Shown here: one piece after another, positions 8,698 through 17,540 of the stretch
How positions within the stretch are numbered: position 1 is the stretch's first letter
Layout: every line of letters starts with the position of its first letter
Source of the DNA: Candidatus Saccharimonadota bacterium
Lineage (GTDB): Bacteria > Patescibacteriota > Saccharimonadia > Saccharimonadales > SLHW01
DNA: 64,000 nt
NCBI GenBank assembly: GCA_050486305.1
Contig: JBJHDA010000002.1
Location: forward strand, 10,659-74,658
Direction: 5' to 3'
Translations under genes and position numbers: made by a program
The notes under the pieces: model-generated
Seen by the model: only the letters and a program-made list of their open reading frames with translations
What the model was told of the DNA's origin: nothing
Database searches by the model: none

Positions 8698-10443
8698 TCA
8701 TAAGCTGCCACCTGTACTAGCAATTATCGAAGCCATTATTTTACCAACGGCAGTGGTGACCATTATTATCGGGAAAAACCACATCATAAGCCAAAAGGTC
8801 TTGTTCCATAGGTTCCATATACTGGTTCTTCCCGGGAATATCCAGGCCAGTATAGCCAATGGTGAAACCAACACAAGCAGCACGATAAGCGTGTGACGGA
8901 ACATAAGCAGTGCAAGAACAGCCAGGAGGGCTAGGGCAGCAACGCCAGCGAATCCTGCCAGCGTCGCGACTAGTCCTCCGCCCATTACTCCTTGTGCGGC
9001 TGCGATAGCTCCCCAGGCAACGAGACCTGATACGACGGCCTGTCCAGCAAAACTCTCTGGTGGACGCAAAACCTGCTCCAGTGTGGTGCCTGGCCCCACG
9101 TCAGGAAACGGGTACAATAATAAGTTGTGTATCCCGTAGCCTATGGCTTGTACAAAATCAACGATAAAAACAGTTATCTCAAACGATAAGGCGATGAATA
9201 TTGTAGCGACTACCATCCTTGGCAGCGCACTCTTGACCGTATAGGCGCTAATGAAGTCAAAGCCGAGGGCTGTACTTATAATCATGACTAACATTATCGG
9301 CACTAATAACAGGTATGCGATATTCCTCAGTATTGTCCACGAAGCGCGAAGCCCTTCGTGATCTTCAAAAAAACCAGGTTCAATTGCCAACAGGCTTGCC
9401 ATTCGTTCGTCTACATATCTCAGTGCGCCAGAGGCCATGGACAGCACTTGGCAAAACAGCCACGCCATGCCGCCAGCGTCCTCGCAGGTGGGGCCTCTGT
9501 CCTCATCCTCAATAGTGCCGCCAGGAGCTTCCGCGTCAGGGTTTAGTTCTTGCCAAGCGCGCACAGCCGTTAATGCTGCATCGGCGTGCCTATTCATCAA
9601 GCTCACAATACTTTCGCAGCTAAGCCTTGACCCAGCACTTCTGTCGTCTGCTGCCCTGGACCCCATACCGTAACCGACATGATGATTGCTGCTATCTACG
9701 ATAAATTTATTAGCAGGATCTGCAACCTCCGACCCGTCATTATTTATGATACGTACTGTTGCTCCGCCAGTCTGGTCCGCTCCATTGTTGCATTTTGCAA
9801 AAAAAGTATCCCGTGCAATAAAGTACTGAGCATATCCCGGCATGGTGGTGTTTGTGAAGCTTATTTCTGACCTTCGTTCCCTAAACATAGCAGCGATTAA
9901 ATCGCGGACACTGCTGTTGTTCCGGGTATTGCTGATGCCATCATTAAGCTTGTATTGTCCTGACCCTGGTTCAGTGGGGACGTACATTGCTGGCCACGAA
10001 TTACCTGTTCTGCCGCCAACAGTTTGTGGTTGGGTGAAGAAGTCTAGGATTCCGTCCCCATCACCACCGGGGCTGACCCCCGCGTATGTGAGAAGTGCCG
10101 CAGCACTACTATTACAATTGAGCGATCCGTTACCGCTACTAGACAAATGATTAGTACGATAAGAGCGACCGTCAAAGAAAATTTTTCCTTCTCGCAGCTC
10201 TGCAGTTGTCGGGTAGCTCCCAGCCGATTCACCTTTGACTGCTACTGTGCCCGCTCCCCCGTTTGTACACCAATACAAACCCCAATAGGCTTGATACGCC
10301 CTTACCATGCTAGTAGGGTGGTCGCTTCCTACGTTCTGTGGGCTGGGCCACGCATTGGCGGTGGTTGGAAGGAGGATCGAAACGGCTAATTGAAATAGTA
10401 ATAAGCCAAAAGCCGAGGCTATCCATAACCGCTTTATTTTCAT
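8698..10443 (-). CDS. VirB6/TrbL-like T4SS channel protein: signal peptide, large extracytoplasmic domain, C-terminal multi-pass TM bundle
   Basis: Signal peptide is MKIKRLWIASAFGLLLFQLAVSILLPTTANA. The C-terminal ~230 aa contain at least 5 hydrophobic helices (ILRNIAYLLLVPIMLVMIISTALG...AIAAAQGVMGGGLVATLAGFAGVAALALLAVLALLMF). Position relative to PrgI/VirB4 matches prgH-prgI-prgJ. Confidence 0.5.
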   Translation of the reverse strand: MKIKRLWIASAFGLLLFQLAVSILLPTTANAWPSPQNVGSDHPTSMVRAYQAYWGLYWCTNGGAGTVAVKGESAGSYPTTAELREGKIFFDGRSYRTNHLSSSGNGSLNCNSSAAALLTYAGVSPGGDGDGILDFFTQPQTVGGRTGNSWPAMYVPTEPGSGQYKLNDGISNTRNNSSVRDLIAAMFRERRSEISFTNTTMPGYAQYFIARDTFFAKCNNGADQTGGATVRIINNDGSEVADPANKFIVDSSNHHVGYGMGSRAADDRSAGSRLSCESIVSLMNRHADAALTAVRAWQELNPDAEAPGGTIEDEDRGPTCEDAGGMAWLFCQVLSMASGALRYVDERMASLLAIEPGFFEDHEGLRASWTILRNIAYLLLVPIMLVMIISTALGFDFISAYTVKSALPRMVVATIFIALSFEITVFIVDFVQAIGYGIHNLLLYPFPDVGPGTTLEQVLRPPESFAGQAVVSGLVAWGAIAAAQGVMGGGLVATLAGFAGVAALALLAVLALLMFRHTLIVLLVLVSPLAILAWIFPGRTSIWNLWNKTFWLMMWFFPIIMVTTAVGKIMASIIASTGGSL

Positions 10444-10567
10444 GAGTAATACTATAGCACCATCTTATTGTGAGTGTAATAGATTGACCCCATAAACTTT
10501 ATAAAGCTTACGTTTCTGCACTGCTCTATTTATCTTATCGCCTGCGTGCACCAAAAAGCATAGTCGT

Positions 10568-11089
10568 CTAAAAGGTTTCGTCGAAAATCAAGTCGTCTAA
10601 CTGGTTTGTAAAGTGTATATTGTCAGGTAATTGGTGCATATCCTGTGAGGTTCCTTGCCTGCAGGTTCCTTCCAACTCTTCAAAAAGTTGCCTAAGCTCG
10701 CCTTCTTCTGCTATGTCATCGTATAGAAAGCTACGTAAAGTTCCATCCAGGCTGTGTACTGTTCCGGTGTCTGAATCTTCCTCCCAATAATAGACATCGC
10801 CGTCAATTACCATGGTGTGGGTTGTCCAAGTATCAGATGATTCCGTGGTGTCGGTATAGTTTTCAATCATTCTGAGCGCGCCAGAGTCAAAGTAATAAAC
10901 CGTACTGTCCAGAGGTGTTTCATTATTATTCGCTTGAGTTAGTGTGCAGGTTGCTGCAGTTTCTCCATTAAGAGCTCGGCTAAATACGCTGTAGTCGTCC
11001 GTTGTGCTCCTTGATATAAATGAGGTTAACGCAACGACCGCAACAATAAGAAGTATTCCGGCTAGAATCACTACTAGTCTTTTTTTCAT
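10568..11089 (-). CDS. Hypothetical N-terminally anchored/exported protein
   Basis: ORF track. Begins MKKRLVVILAGILLIVAVVAL; the remainder is Thr/Asp-rich. Confidence 0.4.
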   Translation of the reverse strand: MKKRLVVILAGILLIVAVVALTSFISRSTTDDYSVFSRALNGETAATCTLTQANNNETPLDSTVYYFDSGALRMIENYTDTTESSDTWTTHTMVIDGDVYYWEEDSDTGTVHSLDGTLRSFLYDDIAEEGELRQLFEELEGTCRQGTSQDMHQLPDNIHFTNQLDDLIFDETF

Positions 11090-11236
11090 CTTATTGTCCC
11101 TAAACGGGCTAACATTAGCATTATGTACACTATGTTCACATAAAACCGCTCAGTTAACAAGAAGCTTATTGGTTAAATTCGGACGAGTTTTATACCAGAA
11201 GGTCTTACTAAAAGGTCTACAATGGGCATGATGAAA

Positions 11237-12604
11237 CTACAGGCTTTCGGTGCCGAGGTTCTGCTCATCACCTCTTTTTATCCAGATTTCTTGATCTGGA
11301 GCAAAGCTAGACATGTTTTCTGCTGAGGTGGTTGTTTTTTCAAACTCTAGTACATGTATGAACGCGGTATCATTGTCTGGGTGATTAATGGGCGACCAGT
11401 CAAGATTCATCTTAACCTGTATGCTCATATGGTTTTCGTCGGATTGCCAAGCGTCTACAATTTCCCAACCGTGCTTTATGAAGTAAGGCTCTTCGCCTCT
11501 TTCAGCGCGCCCTTCTCGATGCCCTCTCGTGTACTCGGTGTTTGTTTGTATTAACCGTCTGGCATTTTCGATAGTACGTTCAGCGCCTGGCGTGTTCCCA
11601 AACATAGCCTCAAGACATGTGCTTTCTATGTGAAAGTTATGCGAGTTTAATATGCATGACCTGTTTTGCAAATACTGATAGAGTAGTTCTTCTGGGTTGT
11701 CAGCCGTCATCAGTACGGGCTCATTCTCTTGGTTGATTACCTCTGGGCTGCGAAGCGAAGGGTATTGCGACTCACTTATGGGACCTGAGTGATCTTCAGG
11801 GCTATCGGCTTCTGTGTCATCGATGACTATGTCATCTGTTTCTTCTGTAGAAGATGGCCTATCCTCTTTGTCTAATGGAGGCTGGTCAGTGCGATCAAGC
11901 ATATCTTGCTCTCTATCTGCCAAATTTTGATCAACTTCTTCTTCAGGAGGAGTCGCTTCGGCATCTGAGGGTTCTGATGCGCTTCCTCCGAACGCAATTG
12001 CCGCTGCTGCTGCGACTCCCGCCACACCGGCTGCTAGTCCGCCATACCCGAGCAACTTCTTCCGTTTTTTGACGCTGGTGCTTTCTGTCGGCACTGCTTC
12101 ATCGTTTGGCTGCGCTTCAAGAGTTGTGCTCGGAGCTGTTGCTGCAAGCTGCTGATCTTGACCCTGTTGGTCTTGCGTTTGTTCTTGCGTTTGTTCTTGC
12201 GTTGCATGTTCCCCGGTAGTCGAATCAGAGGCATTCTCCCTTTGACCCACTGAAGAACTAGCGTCTTCGGGGGTATTTTCCGGTAATGGCGGGGGTGTAT
12301 TCGCAAATTCCTCTTCGTCTGCAGCGCCCAGCACGTCGCCAGGACTACTTGGAGCAAGCCTGACAGATTCTTCGGCCCACTGCTTCCATGGGTCGCTGAA
12401 CTCATCGCCTGAGGGTGAAGTGTTTGGCGTATTTTCAGGTATTTGTTCGTCTGTTGGATTTTGCGGTTGCGCCTCAACGACAGTGTCTCCAGGCGCTGGG
12501 AGTTGTTCGGATGTTTCTGGGCCATACACTTCTGTTGGCTTTTCCGTTGGGTTAGCCTCTTGACCCTCTTGTACTGGTGACAAATTTTCTTCAGGAGTAC
12601 TCAT
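11237..12604 (-). CDS. Hypothetical acidic Pro/Glu/Gln-rich protein with central TM helix
   Basis: ORF track lists 11237..12661. The Met at 12604 (MSTPEENLSP) has an AAGGA Shine-Dalgarno 9 nt upstream and is the likelier start. TM helix is LLGYGGLAAGVAGVAAAAAIAFGG. An internal 12-bp tandem repeat encodes QEQTQEQTQDQ. Confidence 0.45.
   Translation of the reverse strand: MSTPEENLSPVQEGQEANPTEKPTEVYGPETSEQLPAPGDTVVEAQPQNPTDEQIPENTPNTSPSGDEFSDPWKQWAEESVRLAPSSPGDVLGAADEEEFANTPPPLPENTPEDASSSVGQRENASDSTTGEHATQEQTQEQTQDQQGQDQQLAATAPSTTLEAQPNDEAVPTESTSVKKRKKLLGYGGLAAGVAGVAAAAAIAFGGSASEPSDAEATPPEEEVDQNLADREQDMLDRTDQPPLDKEDRPSSTEETDDIVIDDTEADSPEDHSGPISESQYPSLRSPEVINQENEPVLMTADNPEELLYQYLQNRSCILNSHNFHIESTCLEAMFGNTPGAERTIENARRLIQTNTEYTRGHREGRAERGEEPYFIKHGWEIVDAWQSDENHMSIQVKMNLDWSPINHPDNDTAFIHVLEFEKTTTSAENMSSFAPDQEIWIKRGDEQNLGTESL
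12171..12206. repeat. 12-bp tandem repeat (tcttgcgtttgt x ~3) inside the 11237..12604 CDS
   Basis: Seen directly. Encodes QEQT repeats on the minus strand. Confidence 0.7.
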
Positions 12605-12719
12605 AGATAATATTTTCCTTGCTATGTAAATACTATAACATATAAAAAAAGAAATGTCCATATAGTTTACTTTTTTGCAAGATTAAATTAATGTTAAGAT
12701 TGATATAAGAAATATAAAA

Positions 12720-13325
12720 ATGAAAGCACTGAAACTCCTTAAGCACCCTACACTAGTAATATTATGTCTTCTTCTGCTGCTCACTGTTGTGGTTATTGCT
12801 TCATCTCTACCAGCTGGTGTATCTGCTCAATCCGGAAGGAGCAGCGACAGAGAAATAGCTGCGGCTGTCTGCCAAGATAATCCTGATGCGCAAGTCTCTC
12901 CCGTTACGTGGGAAGAGTGTATAGAAAGGACCGTACGAAGCCTGAATAGACAGTGTGATTTTAGTCCGCATTCTGAGGCTTGGGCGAGCTGTAGGCAGCA
13001 GTTTTTGGACTCTAATGTCGCTTCATCAGGGTCTGGGATTTCAACCACCCAGCTGAACGCTGATTGTTCAGAGCAACCGTTAACTCCTGACAACTGCGGC
13101 ATAATCGGCTACATTAGAATAATAACGGACGGTCTGACGGTTATTGTGGGTATAGTGGTTGTGATGATGCTCATTGTCGGAGGCATACAATATTCATCTG
13201 CAGGCAGCAACCCTCAGGCGGTAACAGCGGCTAAAAAGAGAATTTCTCAGGCGTTGTTTGCTCTTGTGATATACATATTCTTATTTGCATTCTTGCAATG
13301 GATTGTGCCAGGAGGGGTGTTTTAA
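12720..13325 (+). CDS. VirB2/TrbC-like T4SS pilin paralogue 1 (long Cys-containing variable ectodomain)
   Basis: N-terminal signal/TM. C-terminal block LTVIVGIVVVMMLIVGGIQYSSAGSNPQAVTAAKKRISQALFALVIYIF matches the family motif h-IMII-GG-x-Y-x-SGGD-x-AK-x-TILYA-IGLV shared by all seven genes. Confidence 0.5.
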   Translation: MKALKLLKHPTLVILCLLLLLTVVVIASSLPAGVSAQSGRSSDREIAAAVCQDNPDAQVSPVTWEECIERTVRSLNRQCDFSPHSEAWASCRQQFLDSNVASSGSGISTTQLNADCSEQPLTPDNCGIIGYIRIITDGLTVIVGIVVVMMLIVGGIQYSSAGSNPQAVTAAKKRISQALFALVIYIFLFAFLQWIVPGGVF

Positions 13326-13328
13326 GCA

Positions 13329-13769
13329 ATGATTCAAAGGCTCTTTATATTCAGCATCATCAGCACTTCCTTTATTGTTGCGGCAGTATTCTTTATGCCG
13401 CAGCAACAAGTATCAGCTTGCGACGACCGTGGGACATTCCTGTCTTTTCCCAGATGGTACGAATATCTGGAGGTTGACAGCGAATGCAATGTGAGTGCTA
13501 TTCGGTATGATGGTGGTTCAGGAGAGATTAATCTGGGAGCAACTGTCGGCGCTATACTTCTTGCTGTGACGGAGATACTCTTAAGAGTGTCCGGGATAGT
13601 CGCCGTAGGCTTTATTGTTTATGGAGGCGTTCAGTTCACGATGAGCCAAGGAGCTCCTGACAGGCTGCAGGCATCTAAACAGATTATTATGAATGGCATC
13701 ATCGGTTTGGTTATTGCAGTTTTGGCTGTGGCTATCGTTAACCTAGTGAGCAATATAGTGGTAGGGTGA
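13329..13769 (+). CDS. VirB2/TrbC-like T4SS pilin paralogue 2
   Basis: C-terminal block IVAVGFIVYGGVQFTMSQGAPDRLQASKQIIMNGIIGLVIAVLAV. It starts 4 nt after the previous gene. Confidence 0.5.
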   Translation: MIQRLFIFSIISTSFIVAAVFFMPQQQVSACDDRGTFLSFPRWYEYLEVDSECNVSAIRYDGGSGEINLGATVGAILLAVTEILLRVSGIVAVGFIVYGGVQFTMSQGAPDRLQASKQIIMNGIIGLVIAVLAVAIVNLVSNIVVG

Positions 13770-13773
13770 GATT

Positions 13774-14061
13774 ATGGAACTTCGAAAATTATTCGCTAAC
13801 ATAGAAGGAACGTTCGATGGTGTTAATATCCCAGAGGCTGGTACTGACGGCTCCATTGAGGCTGCGGTTGGCTTTTTCTTTATCCTAGCCGGGATTATAG
13901 CGGTTATCATGATAATTCTTGGCGGCTACTGGTATGTATTGTCTGGCGGTGATCCGCAAAAGACCAAAAAAGCCAAAGACACGATTCTGTATGCCGTAAT
14001 TGGACTAGTCATATCTATCAGTGCCTGGATAATCGTAGGGTTTGTCTTAGCGAGCACGTAA
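13774..14061 (+). CDS. VirB2/TrbC-like T4SS pilin paralogue 3 (no cleavable signal peptide)
   Basis: C-terminal block IIAVIMIILGGYWYVLSGGDPQKTKKAKDTILYAVIGLVISI. Confidence 0.55.
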   Translation: MELRKLFANIEGTFDGVNIPEAGTDGSIEAAVGFFFILAGIIAVIMIILGGYWYVLSGGDPQKTKKAKDTILYAVIGLVISISAWIIVGFVLAST

Positions 14062-14450
14062 TGATGAAAAAACTCCTATTAACATTCACTGCCCTGCTTG
14101 CGCCAGTTTTATTTTTTGCTACGGCGGCAGCGAATGTAAATCCACTGGAAGACGTCTGTCGTGAAGCTCCGAATTCAGCAGTCTGCATTGAAGAGCGAGC
14201 TACCCGAGGGCAAGACAGTACGGATAACCGTGTTGTTAGTTTTCTAGGAGAAGTGGTGAGAATCATGCTGTTTGCACTTGGGGCCATAGCGGTAGTTGCG
14301 GTGATGGTAGGCGCGCTGATGTATGTATTGTCCGGTGGCGACCCAGCAAAAACACAAAAAGCAAAGACTACTATTTTGTATGCACTCATCGGCGTAGTGA
14401 TAGCCACCGTTGCTCAATTGATAATACTGTTCGTTTTAGATAGACTATAG
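14061..14450 (+). CDS. VirB2/TrbC-like T4SS pilin paralogue 4
   Basis: Signal peptide, then AIAVVAVMVGALMYVLSGGDPAKTQKAKTTILYALIGVVIATVAQLI. Start overlaps the previous stop. Confidence 0.55.
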   Translation: MMKKLLLTFTALLAPVLFFATAAANVNPLEDVCREAPNSAVCIEERATRGQDSTDNRVVSFLGEVVRIMLFALGAIAVVAVMVGALMYVLSGGDPAKTQKAKTTILYALIGVVIATVAQLIILFVLDRL

Positions 14451-14487
14451 ATAAAATAATAAGAATCACAGGAGCAAAACACACAAA

Positions 14488-14898
14488 ATGGAAAACATAA
14501 TCAAGCAAACCATACACAGTAAGCCGATCCAGCTTATTCTGCTCGGGGCTATTGTTGCCGCGTTGCTGGTAGTACTCATGCCTGAGGTAGGCTTTACGCA
14601 AGCGAGTGAAGTTCGCCAAGGCATAGGCGCGACTGGTGTAGATACGACCGAGGGTGAGGCTAGATCGGGCATTAACTCGCTGATTCAGACGACCATAAAC
14701 ATCATTTCTTGGATTGTAGGTATCATATCGGTCATCATGATCATCATCGGCGGACTTAAGTACATAATGTCTACCGGAGATTCGCAAAAAGTAGATTCGG
14801 CAAAGAATACCATTCTCTACGCCGTTATTGGTCTTGTTATTGTGGCGTTTGCACAGATAATCGTATTGTTTGTTCTCGACACAACCACAGGTAACTAA
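14488..14898 (+). CDS. VirB2/TrbC-like T4SS pilin paralogue 5
   Basis: C-terminal block IISVIMIIIGGLKYIMSTGDSQKVDSAKNTILYAVIGLVIVAFAQII. Confidence 0.55.
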   Translation: MENIIKQTIHSKPIQLILLGAIVAALLVVLMPEVGFTQASEVRQGIGATGVDTTEGEARSGINSLIQTTINIISWIVGIISVIMIIIGGLKYIMSTGDSQKVDSAKNTILYAVIGLVIVAFAQIIVLFVLDTTTGN

Positions 14899-14978
14899 CG
14901 ATGATAGTTCGTCTACAACTTCAGTCATAGCGCTAGGTCTAGTTGACGCAGAAAAGCCATAAGTGTATAACTTAAGCA

Positions 14979-15398
14979 ATGAAAGGAACGAATAAAATGA
15001 AAAAGAATCTAACAACACTACTCGTAAGCGCCTTGTTTGTGCTCGGCCTGGCAGCGCCACTAGCGCTTGTGTCAGCTACACCCGCCTCTGCACAGAGTGG
15101 AATCGCAGAGAACTTAGATGCGGGGGCACAACGTACGGATCCTGATGCTGACCCGGATGCTGAGGAGCGAGTGAATCAGATTATCGTGACAGTGATAAAT
15201 ATTTTTTCACTTGTTGTGGGTGTGATATCCGTCATCATGATTATCATCGGTGGCTTGAAGTACATCACCTCTGGCGGTGACTCAGGCAACGTAACGAGCG
15301 CTAAGAACACTATTCTTTACGCAATCATCGGTCTTGTTGTGGTGGCGCTAGCTCAGATAATCGTACGGTTTGTCATAGAGCGCGTTACAAACGCATAG
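14979..15398 (+). CDS. VirB2/TrbC-like T4SS pilin paralogue 6
   Basis: Signal peptide (possible start at the internal Met at 14997, MKKNLTT). C-terminal block VISVIMIIIGGLKYITSGGDSGNVTSAKNTILYAIIGLVVVALAQII. The 3' 130 bp are identical to paralogue 7. Confidence 0.55.
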   Translation: MKGTNKMKKNLTTLLVSALFVLGLAAPLALVSATPASAQSGIAENLDAGAQRTDPDADPDAEERVNQIIVTVINIFSLVVGVISVIMIIIGGLKYITSGGDSGNVTSAKNTILYAIIGLVVVALAQIIVRFVIERVTNA

Positions 15399-15427
15399 CC
15401 TCGAAAAGCTAACAGCACAAAAAAATT

Positions 15428-15458
15428 GCCACCGCGGAAACGCGGTGGCTTTCTTTTT
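15428..15458 (+). terminator. Rho-independent terminator after pilin paralogue 6
   Basis: gccaccgcg-gaaa-cgcggtggc is a perfect 9-bp stem. It is followed by tttcttttt. Confidence 0.7.
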
Positions 15459-15473
15459 GTCAGGCTTTGTTAC

Positions 15474-15502
15474 TTGCATAAGTTACATATAAGTGGTATA
15501 AT
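15474..15502 (+). promoter_or_regulatory. Sigma-70-type promoter for pilin paralogue 7
   Basis: TTGCAT (15474-15479), 17-nt spacer, TATAAT (15497-15502). GAGGA ribosome-binding site lies ~12 nt before the ATG at 15543. Confidence 0.55.
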
Positions 15503-15542
15503 GTATAATGCGCATAATTGCGTGTGAGGAGCTATAAGCTGC

Positions 15543-15935
15543 ATGAAAAACACACTACTTTTTATCACGGCTGTTGCTGGACTATTGCTGACGCTTCTAG
15601 CAGTACCTGGTGATACAGTTGCTGCACAGAGCAATATAACAGAGGGCCTCACTCGAGGAGCTGAATTGACAGATCCGGATGCCGAAACTGTAAGTCCTGA
15701 GGATCAAGTAAACGCAATTATTTCTACAATCATTAATCTGTTTTCGCTTGTGGTCGGAGTTGTATCCGTCATCATGATTATCATCGGTGGCTTGAAGTAC
15801 ATCACCTCTGGCGGTGACTCAGGCAACGTAACGAGCGCTAAGAACACTATTCTTTACGCAATCATCGGTCTTGTTGTGGTGGCGCTAGCTCAAGTGATTG
15901 TTCGATTCGTACTTGCCCGTATTACGGGTGCTTAG
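15543..15935 (+). CDS. VirB2/TrbC-like T4SS pilin paralogue 7
   Basis: Signal peptide. C-terminal block VVSVIMIIIGGLKYITSGGDSGNVTSAKNTILYAIIGLVVVALAQVI. Confidence 0.55.
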   Translation: MKNTLLFITAVAGLLLTLLAVPGDTVAAQSNITEGLTRGAELTDPDAETVSPEDQVNAIISTIINLFSLVVGVVSVIMIIIGGLKYITSGGDSGNVTSAKNTILYAIIGLVVVALAQVIVRFVLARITGA

Positions 15936-15963
15936 TAGTAGTCGTTCCTGTATAAATATAAAT

Positions 15964-16002
15964 ACACCCTCTGCAGCGATGCATAAGAGGGTGTATTTTG
16001 TT
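15964..16002. terminator. Hairpin terminator between convergent pilin-7 and hsp20 genes
   Basis: acaccctct-N13-agagggtgt is a 9-bp stem. It is followed by attttgtt on plus and by an AT-rich run on minus. Confidence 0.5.
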
Positions 16003-16015
16003 GCTAGAGGTTTGC

Positions 16016-16495
16016 TTAGTTAATTTGGATTTTCTTAACCGTGTCTTGTTTTACCTTTGTAAAACTGATGGTAAGAACCCCATCCTTTAAGACAGCTTCT
16101 ACTTCTTCTTCCTTTACAGGAACTGGCAAAGCAATACTTCTGCTGAATTCTCCCCAGTAGCACTCCTGCACGAAGTAATTTTCTACGTCCTCTTCTGTGC
16201 CAGCGGAAAGTGTGCCGCGAATGCTGACCGTATTGTCGGCAATACTGACATCAAGCTCTTGCTTGTTTACACCGGCAGTCCGTGCCTTAACTATGAGCTT
16301 TTCCTTCGTTTCATAAACGTCAACAGCGAGTTGGCCTGGAACAGCTTCTTCTTCATCCCAGTCATCTGTTGCTTCAGTCGTTTGTTGGTCCTGACCTGTT
16401 TCGTCGTCGGCCGGTGCAAGTTCTTCATCGTCAAGAAAGGCGGCAGTTAGCTCATCTTCCATCAATAAATCCTCGTCGCGATTTTTGCGCGCCAT
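16016..16495 (-). CDS. Hsp20/alpha-crystallin family small heat-shock protein
   Basis: Alpha-crystallin domain blocks: VKARTAGVNKQELDVSIADNTVSIRG and GEFSRSIALPVPVKEEEVEAVLKDGVLTISFTK. The acidic N-terminal extension is atypical. Confidence 0.75.
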   Translation of the reverse strand: MARKNRDEDLLMEDELTAAFLDDEELAPADDETGQDQQTTEATDDWDEEEAVPGQLAVDVYETKEKLIVKARTAGVNKQELDVSIADNTVSIRGTLSAGTEEDVENYFVQECYWGEFSRSIALPVPVKEEEVEAVLKDGVLTISFTKVKQDTVKKIQIN

Positions 16496-16624
16496 ACGTA
16501 TTACCCTCCGATTGTAAAAAATTTATTTGTCGCTTTTGCAATTTTTGTTAGTGGTTAGTATAGCCTATCCTATAAGATATGAGCAACAGTTTGCTAACAT
16601 ATTTACAACAGTACTAATAACAAC

Positions 16625-17302
16625 ATGATTTTACTGGATAAGCTTATATCAATCATTGCGCCCACATTATGTGTACGCTGCAGCAAAGAAGGATCAGTTG
16701 TTTGTGCATGGTGCTCTCCAGAGCTGATTCCGCTTATAGCAGAGCGGTGCATAAGCTGTAATGCTTTATCCGAAAACTCCCGGACCTGCAAGGACTGCCG
16801 TCGGAAACACAAGTTGCCGAAGCATGTCTGGACACGTTCAGTTTATGAGGATTTTTCGAAGCTATTACTCGGGAGGCTTAAGTTTCAGCGATCTGGTGCA
16901 ACAGCAAAGGTACTGGCATCTCTCATGGCAGAACCCCTGCCCTATTTGTCTGACGACACGCTAATTACTCATGTGCCGACTTCTCCTGCCCGTATTCGGC
17001 AGCGTGGCTACGATCAATCAAGGCTGCTTGCGAAGGAGCTAGCAAAGCAAAATAACGTCCGCTATACGGCGATGCTGAGCAGGTTATCGAATGTTCGGCA
17101 GGTTGGATCATCACGTATTGAAAGAAAAAAGCAACTACAGGGTGCATTTTACTTAAAGCGGGTTTCTGTACCGAAAAAGACACCGATTTTATTAGTTGAT
17201 GATATTTATACAACAGGAGGCACATTGTCTGCGGCGACAGTGACGCTAAGACAGGCTGGGTACAAAAATGTGAATGCAGTCGTTTTTGCGAAGGTGCTGT
17301 AG
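16625..17302 (+). CDS. comFC: ComFC-family phosphoribosyltransferase-domain protein (competence protein F)
   Basis: N-terminal double CxxC zinc ribbons (CVRC...CAWC...CISC...CKDC). C-terminal PRTase motif is LLVDDIYTTGGTLSAA. Confidence 0.75.
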   Translation: MILLDKLISIIAPTLCVRCSKEGSVVCAWCSPELIPLIAERCISCNALSENSRTCKDCRRKHKLPKHVWTRSVYEDFSKLLLGRLKFQRSGATAKVLASLMAEPLPYLSDDTLITHVPTSPARIRQRGYDQSRLLAKELAKQNNVRYTAMLSRLSNVRQVGSSRIERKKQLQGAFYLKRVSVPKKTPILLVDDIYTTGGTLSAATVTLRQAGYKNVNAVVFAKVL

Positions 17303-17540
17303 TGCGCCCGCTCGAGCCGACTTTACTTTCTAGCCCGACATATCGGTATCGGGCTTTTGCCCTACTTCGCTAATGCTTCAGAGGGCATCCTTCATAGGCA
17401 ACGAAGTTAGCAACGATGAATGGCGGAAGGGGTGGGATGATTTCATGCTTTGACAGCATGTTCTCGGAGTAAACTCCTGCGAGCAAGCTGTCACGCCCGA
17501 ACCGCATTGGGTTCGACTCCGCGCTTTCTGGCAAGAAAGC

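Noticed and set aside
12034-12525. 163-aa minus-strand ORF rich in Arg/Lys/Gln overlapping the 474-aa gene
   Set aside because: It is an alternative frame of the same strand through a repetitive Q/E-rich region. Its low-complexity basic composition is typical of an out-of-frame artefact.
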